Below are positions 1-9,488 of a stretch of 64,000 nucleotides of DNA, one piece after another. The position numbers were made by a program, and so were the translations under genes. Numbering within the stretch: position 1 is the stretch's first letter; every line of letters starts with the position of its first letter. The notes under the pieces were generated by a model. It was not told the origin of the DNA and ran no database searches. It saw nothing but the letters and a program-made list of their open reading frames with translations. The stretch is from an uncultured delta proteobacterium. GTDB lineage: Bacteria; Myxococcota; Myxococcia; Myxococcales; Anaeromyxobacteraceae. The stretch is taken from the NCBI GenBank assembly GCA_963845515.1, contig CAWJSR010000002.1, forward strand, positions 128,001 through 192,000. Direction: 5' to 3'.

Positions 1-471
1 TCGGATGCACTGCGGGCACCTGCGGATGACCGCGACTTCGATACCGTCGCGAAGCAGGTGCGAGATGCCATCGACAAGAACGAGCCCGAGGCCGGGCTCG
101 ACCGCCTCCACACCTTCGTCATCAAGTTCGTGCGGTCGATCGGTGTGGCACGAGGAATCTCGGCCGACCGGGACAAGCCCCTGCACAGCCTCTTCGGCGA
201 GTACGTCAAGGCGCTGCGCACCGGAGGCCACATCGAGTCACAGATGACGGAGCGGATCCTGAAGTCCAGCATCTCGACGCTGGAGGCCTTCAACGACGTG
301 CGCAACAACCGAAGCCTCGCGCACGACAACCCGATCTTGAACTACGACGAGAGCCTGCTCATCCTCAACCACATCGCCAGCTCGATCCGTTTCCTGAAGG
401 CGCTCGAGGATCGGCTCAAGGCACCCTCTGGCTCGCCTCCGACAGCGCCAGGCTCTGACATCCCGTTCTGA
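1..471 (+). CDS. Abortive-infection family protein, C-terminal Abi_C-like domain (5' partial)
   Basis: Frame is open from base 1 (SDALRAPADDRDF...). Motifs ALDRLHTF-like 'GLDRLHTF', 'KPLHSLFGEYVK' and 'FNDVRNNRSLAHDN' (RN-x-SxAH, HEPN-like) resemble Abi_C proteins. Confidence 0.75.
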   Translation, partial: SDALRAPADDRDFDTVAKQVRDAIDKNEPEAGLDRLHTFVIKFVRSIGVARGISADRDKPLHSLFGEYVKALRTGGHIESQMTERILKSSISTLEAFNDVRNNRSLAHDNPILNYDESLLILNHIASSIRFLKALEDRLKAPSGSPPTAPGSDIPF

Positions 472-507
472 GGACGCCGGGCGGCCCATGCTTCTTGCGG
501 AGCGCAC

Positions 508-1146
508 ATGAAGCTCGATGACGCTTCGAGTTTACAGCCCTGCACGTGGGCCGAGAGCCCGCTCGAGGAGCTGTTCTGGGCGAACACCAAGAGGTACCTG
601 GCCGAGGGGGTAGTGCCGCACGCCCAGGTCGAAGTCGCGACTCAGTGGGGAGCGTTCCGTCTCGACTTCCTCTTCGAGGTCGAGGGCCGGAAGGTGGCTG
701 TCGAGTGCGACGGCAAGGACTTCCACAACGCCCGCCGTGACGAGTGGCGAGACGCGTTGATCATGGACGCAGGCGGCGCCGATGAAATCGTGCGCTTCCG
801 AGGCTGCGATCTGACTTACAGCCTCGAGGACTGCCTGGCGATCTTGCGGTTCTGGGAGCCTGGACTGTTCTCACCAAGGGGTCTGGCTCAACTCGAGGTT
901 CTCGCCTCGGACGGCGTCCGCCGCTGGCGGGCGGGCGACGGCTTGAAGCGCGAAGCCTTCGCTATCATCCCGTACTCCGAGACAACGGCAGCGCGCGTGG
1001 AGCGGCGGTGTCCATTGCGCGACAAGGACCCCTTCTGGAAGATGCTCGTGGCCCGCGCCAAGGAGATCGGGCCAACGGCCTCGCTCGATGCGCTCCTCGA
1101 CAAGTCGGACGCGACCCCCTGGAAGAAGGCTTGGGAGCGCACATGA
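508..1146 (+). CDS. PD-(D/E)xK nuclease, DUF559/Vsr-like
   Basis: ESPLE...Q...FRLDF...VAVECDGKDFH...RD...IVRF pattern of DUF559/very-short-patch-like nucleases. Confidence 0.7.
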   Translation: MKLDDASSLQPCTWAESPLEELFWANTKRYLAEGVVPHAQVEVATQWGAFRLDFLFEVEGRKVAVECDGKDFHNARRDEWRDALIMDAGGADEIVRFRGCDLTYSLEDCLAILRFWEPGLFSPRGLAQLEVLASDGVRRWRAGDGLKREAFAIIPYSETTAARVERRCPLRDKDPFWKMLVARAKEIGPTASLDALLDKSDATPWKKAWERT

Positions 1147-1202
1147 GGAGAAGATAGAGGGCGCTGGGTTGCGCACCCCGCTTGGCCGTCTCTTGCCGCG
1201 GC

Positions 1203-3086
1203 TTAGAAACTAGCTCCGGAACGCCCGCGTCGCTGAGAAGCTTGTAGAGATCGGCCACCTTCACGCGCTGACCTCGCCCGCTGCAGAACGTGAAGATCGC
1301 GCGCTGCTTGGCCCTGGAGAGCGCCACGAAGAACGTGGCGGTGCCTTCAGCGTCGCCTGCGCGGTGGCTCCACCATGTCGAGTCGTCGAGCGCCACGAAG
1401 GCGACGGTGTCGTACTCCAGGCCCTTGCTCTTGTGCACTGTCATCAGCGGGATCTGGTCGATACCCTCGAAGATGTCCAAACATTCACCCCAGTTCGCCG
1501 CCGCCTCCGAACTCGCTGCGAGGTGGAGCGCGATCGCTTCGGCCGCGATGACGAGCGTGTCGCCGGCCCCGTATTCCGCGTATGCGCTTGCGATGGCCTG
1601 AAGACCAAGGAAGCGTATGACCTGCTTGGCGAACGTCTCTGCCGCGGCCCCTTCTTGGCCTACGGCACTCATGCGAGTGCGCAACACACGCACGAAGGCG
1701 ACCAACTCGCGCTCGGCCTTGCGCGCGTGTACGTGATCGTCCGCGTCCAGGCCACGAATTCGAAGGATCGCCTCCGTCGCAGTTGCCCAGGCCACGGGAG
1801 CTCGCCGGGATGCAGCCAACCGCAGGATCGCGATCACGACGCGCGTGAGCTCCTCGACGAGGAGGTCCTGCAGCGTCGTCCTACCGATCTTCTTCGACTC
1901 GTTGCGCAGCTTCAGTCCCACCTTTGCGAACGCTGGGCTCAACTGCGCTTCGAATGTGTCCGCCTTCTGCTTGACCAGGATGGCGTAGTCGCGCGGCGCC
2001 AAGGATCTCTTCGCGAGGTCCCCCGCGATCCACTCTGCGATGCGCCGGCCTTCGGAAGACTCGTCGGCGAACTTCCAGATCTGGGCAACATCGCCATCGA
2101 CGGCCTTCTTCGGTGTAGCGGTCACCGGCGCTGCGAACGGATCGATGGCCCGCGCCACGAAGTGCTGAATCCGCACGAGCTTCCCGGCAAGACCGGTGGT
2201 TCAGTTGGAGCGAGTGCGCCTTGGCGACGAACTCGCTCTCGAATCGCTCGAAGGCATCGATCCGTGCGCCTGCCCACACCATGATGCGCTGCTTGGGGTC
2301 GCCCACTGCAGTAACCATCGCGCCCGTGGCACGGAACGCAGTCGCCAGGAAGTCGTACTGGGCGAATGTCGTGTCCTGGAACTCGTCTACGAAGACGTAC
2401 GGGTAGGTAAGCCTCAGCGCCCGAACGATCTCTGGCCGAGCACGCAGCAGCAGTTCCGCCAGCCGGTTGATGAGGACAAAGGTCAGAGCGGACTTCGGGT
2501 TCCGGCGCAGGTACGCCGTCCACCACATTGAGACTGCAAACTCCGACGCAGACCCGGGTGTCCATGGGCCTGTGGGAAGGCGCGTAGTGCCAACCTGCTC
2601 CGCCTCGAAACTTCCCTCATCGAGTGCAGCGACATCAGCCCGCCACTCGACCGGTGCTGCTTGCCGAACGCTCGTGAGGGTGGCGCCCACGTCCCTCCGT
2701 AGTGGAAACGCCACGTCGTACGGATACGTCGGGCGCCACGCCGGCGGCAGCGCGCCGTGAAACCGATCGACCAGTCCCTTCGTAAACGAGTCGAACGTCA
2801 TTGAGATGAAGCGGCGTGCCAGCGCCGGGTCGCAACGCTGTCGCACGCGCGCCGCGAGGTTGGCCGCCGCATCTCGCTTGAAGCTGATCGCAAGAATCCG
2901 GTGCGGCCTCGCGCACCTTCCCGTCTGGAGGAGATACGCGGCGCGCTGGGCCAGGAACTCGGTCTTACCCGCACCTGGCCCTGCCACGACCTTGGCGCTT
3001 CCCGGATGACGGAGCGCTCGCCACGCACCGGGCTCGAGTTCCTCGATTCCAGACGGCCGCCACTGTTCGGGGTCGATGAGCGCCAC
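1203..3086 (-). CDS. gajB: UvrD-family helicase, Gabija GajB-like (frameshift ~2185; 3' end uncertain)
   Basis: ORFs 1881..3086 and 965..2176 join into one protein with AGPGAGKT, VDEFQD, VGDPKQRI, NHRS, MTVHKSKGLEYD, FVALSRAK. GTG start lies 4 nt after the OLD nuclease stop. Probable true stop is TAA near 1203 if one base is missing. Confidence 0.8.
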
Positions 3087-3090
3087 TGCT

Positions 3091-5073
3091 TCAGCGCTCC
3101 TTCTTCGATCCCGCCTTCGTGGAGCCAGGGAACACGACGTCGTTCACGTGCTGTAGTAGCGCTGCAAGCGCCTTGGGGGTCTTCTTCTTGAGTTCATCGA
3201 GGGGGACCCTGCCAAGTGCTTGAATGTGGGTGGTCGGCTTCCCTCGGCCAAGAAACAGGTAGCGGTACCAAAGGAAGTCCTCGTCCCACTCTTCAGGATA
3301 GAAGTCCGGTGCGCCCTCGTCGCCCAGCACTGCGTTCTTCGCGTCGCCCGTCGATGAGGGCCCTTTCATCCCTTCACCTAGGGCGCAATAGGCACGTCGA
3401 AAGGCCCTCAGCATCGTCATGTCCAAGTCCAAGCTTCCGCTGAAGTAGACGCCGAACTCTTGCAGCTTCTCCCGCCAGGGAGTCATCTCCTTCACCGAGA
3501 GGTGTCGCTCGTCAAAGGATGTCAGCTCCGCGTCCACCATCTTCTTCGACAGCGGCCTTCCGAAGAGATCCTTGGGGGCTCGCCCGTTCGCCAAGAGTTC
3601 TCGGCATGCGATCTTGATGCGCCCCCAACCTCCGCCGGCTCGACCAGCGTCCAGATCGAGGAGCGTCGCGTGCGGGATTTCCAGGTCGTTCAGGAGGCGC
3701 CACAGGTGGTTGACGTGCCGCCCCCCGAGCGGCACCACCGCCACGAATGAGCGGTCGATCGGCAGCCCCATCGCTTCGGCCAGACGAGGGAGAACGATCT
3801 CTTCCGAGCTGCCCTCCCCGAGAATCACGTATCGTGCAAAGTACAGTTCGGGATACGTGCGAACCGCCTCACGAACGAACTTGCCAGCCTCCTCGTCGCC
3901 CTCGGGCATTTGGATGGCGCGCACCTGGGCAGTGCGTGTCGCTGAGTCGAGCCGAAAGTGGCGCACGTGTGTTGGCTCGACGCGCGCCAGAATGCTCGCA
4001 GAATGACTCGACACAACCGCCTGAGCGCGCACTCCAGCGGTCAGGTCGTCGAGCTGCCGCACGATCCGGGAGAGATAGAATGGGGCGAGGTTGTTTTCGG
4101 GCTCCTCAAGCGCAACTAGCGTCAGCGCCGGCAGCGCGATCGCATCTGCCTGAAAGGCTTGGCCCGGCGAGGTGGAAATCCTCTCCTCAACGTCCAACGT
4201 CGCCGCCGTCATCGCAATGTGGAAGAGAGACCGCTGGCCGTCGCTAAGATCCTCAATGGCCCGGTCGCGGCCGGCCTCGTCGGGCTGAAAGAGCACCTCG
4301 ACCTTGCGGCTGAACGCCTCGAGGCGCACATCTACCGGTCGCAGGATCGGGCTCGTGTCGGTGCCCGCCGAGTAGACCTCCTTCCACCGACGCTCTATCG
4401 CCCTTCCGATGACCTCAATGCCCGGTACCTCAGCGAACGCTGAGTTGAGCTTCTCGCCACTCGACGCGAGGACATCCCGCACCGAGCCGGGCCACGTGAT
4501 GGCTCGCCATAGGCGTCCGCGCAGCAACGCGGTCACCTGCGACGCCGCGTCCCTCAGGGCCGGCACGTACACCATCTGAATGCGTGCGCGATCCGGCGCC
4601 TTCAGGTCGCTACATTCGTCGTCTTTGAACTCGGTGGCGAGTGTCCGGACAGCTCTGTACTTGGGGTCGATGACCCCCTCGAGAGAGCCGTCGTCCGTCC
4701 ACGTCGCGTCGAGTCGGAGACGACACTTCAGCTTCCCGTGTTCGTCGCAAGCCATCTGCTGGAAGAACTCAGGAATCGCGTCGGACGCCTCGACGTCCTC
4801 CTCGTCGAGTTCGGGGAACGCCAGAATCACCTCGAGCGCGAGCGTACGGCTCAACGGCGAGGACTCTTCCTCCATGGGAATATGGAAGTCCTGGCGCCGC
4901 AGCCTGCGCTGCTCACTCGTGACGCCGAACAGGCGCAGCAGTGCCTGCATGACAGCCGTCTTGCCCGCGCCATTCGCGCCGACGAAGGCCGTCGTCCCGG
5001 CGGCCAACTCGATGGTCTGCGACCCCGGGCCGAAGCAGCGGAAGTTGGTCAGTTCCAGGCGTTCGATGAACAT
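3091..5073 (-). CDS. gajA: OLD-family ATP-dependent nuclease (ABC ATPase + TOPRIM), Gabija GajA-like
   Basis: Start MFIERLELTNFRCF; Walker A GANGAGKT; signature LSDGQRS; Walker B LEEPENNL; SSHS; TOPRIM ILGEGSSE and LLDLD. Confidence 0.85.
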   Translation of the reverse strand: MFIERLELTNFRCFGPGSQTIELAAGTTAFVGANGAGKTAVMQALLRLFGVTSEQRRLRRQDFHIPMEEESSPLSRTLALEVILAFPELDEEDVEASDAIPEFFQQMACDEHGKLKCRLRLDATWTDDGSLEGVIDPKYRAVRTLATEFKDDECSDLKAPDRARIQMVYVPALRDAASQVTALLRGRLWRAITWPGSVRDVLASSGEKLNSAFAEVPGIEVIGRAIERRWKEVYSAGTDTSPILRPVDVRLEAFSRKVEVLFQPDEAGRDRAIEDLSDGQRSLFHIAMTAATLDVEERISTSPGQAFQADAIALPALTLVALEEPENNLAPFYLSRIVRQLDDLTAGVRAQAVVSSHSASILARVEPTHVRHFRLDSATRTAQVRAIQMPEGDEEAGKFVREAVRTYPELYFARYVILGEGSSEEIVLPRLAEAMGLPIDRSFVAVVPLGGRHVNHLWRLLNDLEIPHATLLDLDAGRAGGGWGRIKIACRELLANGRAPKDLFGRPLSKKMVDAELTSFDERHLSVKEMTPWREKLQEFGVYFSGSLDLDMTMLRAFRRAYCALGEGMKGPSSTGDAKNAVLGDEGAPDFYPEEWDEDFLWYRYLFLGRGKPTTHIQALGRVPLDELKKKTPKALAALLQHVNDVVFPGSTKAGSKKER

Positions 5074-5116
5074 GCTCCGCATCTCACCACTAGTGAGCGT
5101 GGCAAGGCGAGCACCT

Positions 5117-5548
5117 TCATCGAAGCAGTGCAGCGACGGCCGCCCACGGGAGGACCCGGCGCATGGCGGCACTCTGCGCCGCGTTCCGCGGCCCTGCGGC
5201 CAGCACCGCCTTCCTCGCTAAGAGCAGAGCGGCGCGCGGGGCTCCCGATGCCTCCGCAAGCCAGAGGAGGCCCGCAGCGCACTGGAACTGGTTGTAGACG
5301 AACCGGGCGGACCGGTTCCAGTTGGCGCGCCCGTAGAATCCGGGGCCGTCGTACTCGCCGAGCCAGCCGAGCAGATGCTGCTTCTGGCGACCCTCCCAGC
5401 CAGAGCCACGATCGAGACCCGCCATCGCGCGCTCCAGGCTATCGGTGATCGGGGTTTCCGCGGCGAGCGGCAGGATGAGCTTCCGAAGCGCGGCTGGGGA
5501 CATCGAGTCTGCGCTCGGCTTCGCCAGTCCTCGGACGGGCGTCGCCAT
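5117..5548 (-). CDS. Hypothetical protein (~143 aa)
   Basis: 3' part of ORF 5117..5899 (MATPVRG...QKQHLLGWLGEYDGPGFYGR...FVYNQFQC...LLWLAEA); protein-like composition and co-oriented with neighbours; alternative ATG at 5569. Confidence 0.6.
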   Translation of the reverse strand: MATPVRGLAKPSADSMSPAALRKLILPLAAETPITDSLERAMAGLDRGSGWEGRQKQHLLGWLGEYDGPGFYGRANWNRSARFVYNQFQCAAGLLWLAEASGAPRAALLLARKAVLAAGPRNAAQSAAMRRVLPWAAVAALLR

Positions 5549-5595
5549 GTTGCGTCGCGCCTTCACCATGCCTAGCGGCCTCCTCGTCGGATCAG

Positions 5596-5883
5596 CTAGC
5601 CCTTCCTCTTGTCCCAGTTCTTGAGACTCGCGACCCTGACAATGTGAAGCTCGTACTCCTCGCTCCGCCGGTTTGTCCGCACCTTCCCGATGACGACTGT
5701 TACCTCCGGCGCCTTCGCCTGCATCCCATTGATGAGCCGCAGCTCGAAGGGCGGCGTCACCTTGGACAGGCGGTTCGTCCAGTAGGGCTTCAGCTCGCGG
5801 TACTCGATGGTCTTCGACCCATCGACGATAGCCGCCAGCCACCTTCGCTCGATGGTGGTCGTGATCCTCTTCATCGCCTTCAT
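5596..5883 (-). CDS. ASCH (PUA-like) domain protein
   Basis: 95 aa; W-x-x-x-I-x-x-GSKTIEYR...YW matches the ASCH GxKxxExR motif. Confidence 0.75.
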   Translation of the reverse strand: MKAMKRITTTIERRWLAAIVDGSKTIEYRELKPYWTNRLSKVTPPFELRLINGMQAKAPEVTVVIGKVRTNRRSEEYELHIVRVASLKNWDKRKG

Positions 5884-5956
5884 GCCGTTCTCCCTGCAAC
5901 TCTTCTAGGGAATCCCCGCATCCCCGTCCCCGGCACCGCGAGGTGTCACCGGGGGC

Positions 5957-6713
5957 TCAGGCAGGCGTGGGAACGGGCGAGATCTGATGTCCGTGGAGAA
6001 ACCCGCCGTCCACGTGATTCTCGACGTTGATCAGGACTTCGTAGTCTGGGCGGAACCTGTCTCGGTGCTGAACGTTCAACTCGGGCTGGAGCTGGTAGAT
6101 GAGCGCCGCCTCGATGCTTCGCAACAGGGCCAACGCGAAGGTCAGAGGCGACACCCATTCCAGGGGAAGGTAGCTGTTGAAGCCAAATTCGCGCGGCCCT
6201 GGAGGGTGCGACTTCAGGAGCATTACGGCTCCGAGATACAGCCACTTCTCCATGCCGTCGTAAGTGGGTGCCAACAGTTTCCGAAACGCGTCATGGCCGC
6301 CAGCGAAGCGTGAGGAACCGGACGAGGTCTTGCCCACGTACACGGCCCGCTCAACACCTCCGCTGCGAACGCTCATGATGTAGATGGGAAGACAGGCGCT
6401 GGGTGGAGCGCCAAGGACTCGAAGTATGTCCTCCGCCTCGTCGTTGCCGAGCCATCCGGGCTCGGATGAGTTGATCGCCTTCAAAGCTGCGTCGAGAAAC
6501 TCCCGCGTGGTCTTCCAGGAGTCCTCGAGACTCTGGGCCGGGACTTGATCGGCGTCGTGAAGTGGCAGCCGGCGCTCGAGGCCAAGGAAACCGCCTATGG
6601 TCAGATCGGGACGAAGCGTTTCAAGCGTGGCAACTGGGGGCAACGCTGCCTGGCCCCGAAGCCACATTCCGAGCGGCGAAGAGCTTCCACTCCGGCCTCG
6701 CCACGTTCGTCAC
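5957..6713 (-). CDS. GIY-YIG-like nuclease (start either GTG 6713 with a frameshift ~6668, or ATG 6667)
   Basis: PIYIM...VYVGKT...SRF...H...IEAALIYQLQPELN matches GIY-YIG motifs (Y..YxG, R, E, N). GTG at 6713 overlaps the hsdM stop (GTGA). Confidence 0.6.
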
Positions 6714-8210
6714 CGCCTTCCGCCCAGATCCGCCTGAATCGCCTCGAACTGCTCCAGCGCCGCCTGCAGGTCCTCGACGATCTCCGCCGCGATCACGTCC
6801 GGCGCCGGCAGGTTCGCCGAGTCCTCCAGGCTCTCGTCCTTGAGCCAGAAGATGTCGAGGTTCACCTTGTCCCGCGCGACCAGCTCGTCGATGCGAAGGC
6901 GCGCCAGCGGCCCTCGGGCTTCTTCTCGCTCCAGGTCGCCTTGCGCTCGTGGCGGTTCGCCGGGCTTGTAGACACTCGACGAACTCGTCGAGGTCCTCGC
7001 GCTTGAGCGGGTTCGTCTTGAGCGTGAAGTGCATGTTGGTCCGCAGGTCGTAGATCCAGAGCTTCTTCGTCCACGGCTTCTGCGGCGCCGGGCTTGCGGT
7101 CGAAGAACAGGACGTTGGCCTTCACGCCCTGGGCGTAGAAGATGCCGGTCGGCAGCCGCAGCAGGGTGTGGACGTCGCACTCCTGGAGCAGCTTCCGGCG
7201 GACCGTCTCGCCGGCGCCGCCCTCGAAGAGCACGTTGTCGGGCACGACGACGGCGGCCCGGCCGTTGATCTTCAGCAGCGTCTTGACGTGCTGGACGAAG
7301 TTGAGCTGCTTGTTCTTGGTGCGTGGCCCAGAAGTCGTCGCGCTCGATAGGTGAGCGTCTCCTTCTCGGTCTCGCCCTCCTCGTTGACGATGGTGATGCT
7401 CGACTTCTTGCCGAACGGCGGATTGGTCAGCACCATGCTCGAACCGGTCGCCGGGGTCGCTGCGCGAGGCGTCGTCCACCGCGATCGGGTCGGTCTCGTC
7501 GTCGGCGCCGATGCCGTGCAGGAAGAGGTTCATGGCGCAGAGCCGGGCGGTGCTGTCCACGAGCTCCCAGCCCGCGGAGCGCGTCGAGCCTGCAGGTGCT
7601 TCTTCTGGTCCTTGTCGAGCTTGTGGTGCTTCGGCGACGTAGTCGTGGGCGGCGAGCAGGAAGCCGCCGGTGCCGCAGGCCGGGTCGCAGATCGTCTCGC
7701 CCGGCGCGGGCTGCATCACGTCGACGATGGCCTTGATGAGGGCGCGGGGCGTGAAGTACTGCCCGGCGCCGCTCTTGGCGTCCTGGGCGTTCTTCTCCAG
7801 CAGCCCCTCGTAGACGTCGCCCTTCACGTCGGCGTCGAGCGACGACCACTGCTCGCGTGTCGATCAGGTCGACGATCAGCCGCCGGAGCTTGGCCGGGTC
7901 CTGGATCTTGTTCTGGGCCTTCCGGAAGATGACGCCGAGCATCCCCGGCTGCTTGCCCGAGCTCCTCCAGGACGTGCCGGTAGTGGGCCTCCAGCTCGTC
8001 GCCGTCCCGCTTCAGCAGGCTCGGCCAGTCGCAGTCCGTCGGGAACGGCGACGGCTTGTTCCACGGCGGCTGCGTCTGCTCGTCGGCCATCTTCAGGAAG
8101 AGCAGGAAGGTGAGCTGCTCGACGTAGTCGCCGTAGGAGAGGCCGTCGTCGCGCAGGACGTTGCAGAAGTTCCAGAGCTTCTTGACGATCTGCTGGGAGT
8201 CGTTCGCCAC
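6710..8210 (-). CDS. hsdM: Type I R-M methyltransferase subunit (multiple frameshifts)
   Basis: N-term IVKKLWNFCNVLRDDGLSYGDYVEQLTFLLFLKM; GQYFTPR; DPACGTGGFL; LTNPPFG at ~7410-7430; RLPTGIFY; pieces lie in several frames. Confidence 0.9.
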
Positions 8211-8212
8211 GG

Positions 8213-9488
8213 TTACGCTTCCTCGGAGATGGCGGGTGGACTAACTCGCCGTCGACGAGGCTGCCCGTCGAAGGCAGCCTTAAGGACGGCCGCTCGCAGT
8301 CGGCTGGCACGACTAAGGGAGACGGAGGAGGTCGTCAGCACGGCGTCAGCGTCGGAGAGGCGCTCGTCAATGCGAGCTGCGATCCGCTCCTGGTCCGCGA
8401 GGCCCGGAGGAGGAACGGATAGGGCCTCGATGGTCGGCTGACTGATCTTGGGCATGCTACCGGCGACGCCTTGTGCCGCCTTGCGGAAGTAGGAGCGAGC
8501 GGCATCGGACGCGAAGAAGTGCTCGATGAAGCGGTCGCACACCCCTTCTCTGAGCCGCGCGCGGATAAGCAGGTCCGGGAAGATCGCCCAGCGCGTGTGT
8601 CCTCGAAAATACCCGTGCGGTTCCAACCAGCTCCGGCGTATTGGAGCGCTCCACCAAGAGGTCGCCGGGCTCAAGCCACGAGGATCCTTGACCTTCTCAG
8701 GATCCGCGCCTGTAACCTTGGTGTTGCTCTCGCTGAAGTCGCCGTAGGTCACGGCCGTCAGTGTGAGCGTCCGGATGCCAGCGGCGGCGTCGGTCTTTGG
8801 AGCAGAGTGCCCGTTGCGGAGGGGCTCTCGCAGGAGGTCCCTAAAGGCGACGCGAGGCCAGTCGCCGCCGAAGGCCGTCCTTCAGCACCGCCGCCCGGTA
8901 GCGTCGAAGGTGCGCCTGAAGCCGCTTGAGCGCCTCGACCCCAGCGTCGAGCCGGGTGAACTGCTTCTCGATCTCCGCGACGATCTTCACCTGGACCGGA
9001 TCGGGGGCCCACGGGATGTCGAGCGCCCTGATGTCATCGAGTCCCAGGCCCTTCTTGGTGGCTCCACGTTCAAGCGCCGCCAGTTGGCGCTGCCCGTCAG
9101 GGCTCACGATGAACCACGCCAAGTACCTTGCGTTGATGCCAGGCCTTGGGCGGATCACGGGCAATGTGCTGGTTGATGTAGGCGTCACCGAGGCCATCCG
9201 GGACCACAGCAACGGAGCCGATGTCGGCGGTGATCGACACGAGTACGTCGCCCGGCTGTGACACGGGTTCGCGTGCCTTCAGCCCCAGCCGGGGCGACGA
9301 ACATGCTGGATGTCCCGAAGGTCGAGCGCGACCGTGCCGCGATCCAGGTTCCCGATCCGGAGAAACGTGGGTCCGTCCTCGCTGTAGTACTTGGCCCAGC
9401 CACGGGACCCGCTGGTCACGAACTCGAAGAGTTCCCGACCAGTCCGGCTTTCCCACCCTGCTGGATGAACCTGACCGCTCGTGCTCAC
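8213..9488 (-). CDS. hsdS: Type I R-M specificity subunit (multiple frameshifts)
   Basis: TRD1 [12 protein letters not shown]...FLRIGNL; conserved helix [22 protein letters not shown]...YRAAVLK; TRD2 LRNGHS...ERSN...[21 protein letters not shown]...[10 protein letters not shown]. Confidence 0.85.

Noticed and set aside
508..1146. DUF559-like gene as the mobiliser of the BoxC-like repeats
   Set aside because: It is not flanked by any copy of the repeat and sits in the defence island, so no link is supported.
965..1202. C-terminal extension of the UvrD ORF overlapping the opposite-strand nuclease gene
   Set aside because: Non-homologous low-quality sequence; better explained by one missing base before a TAA at ~1203.
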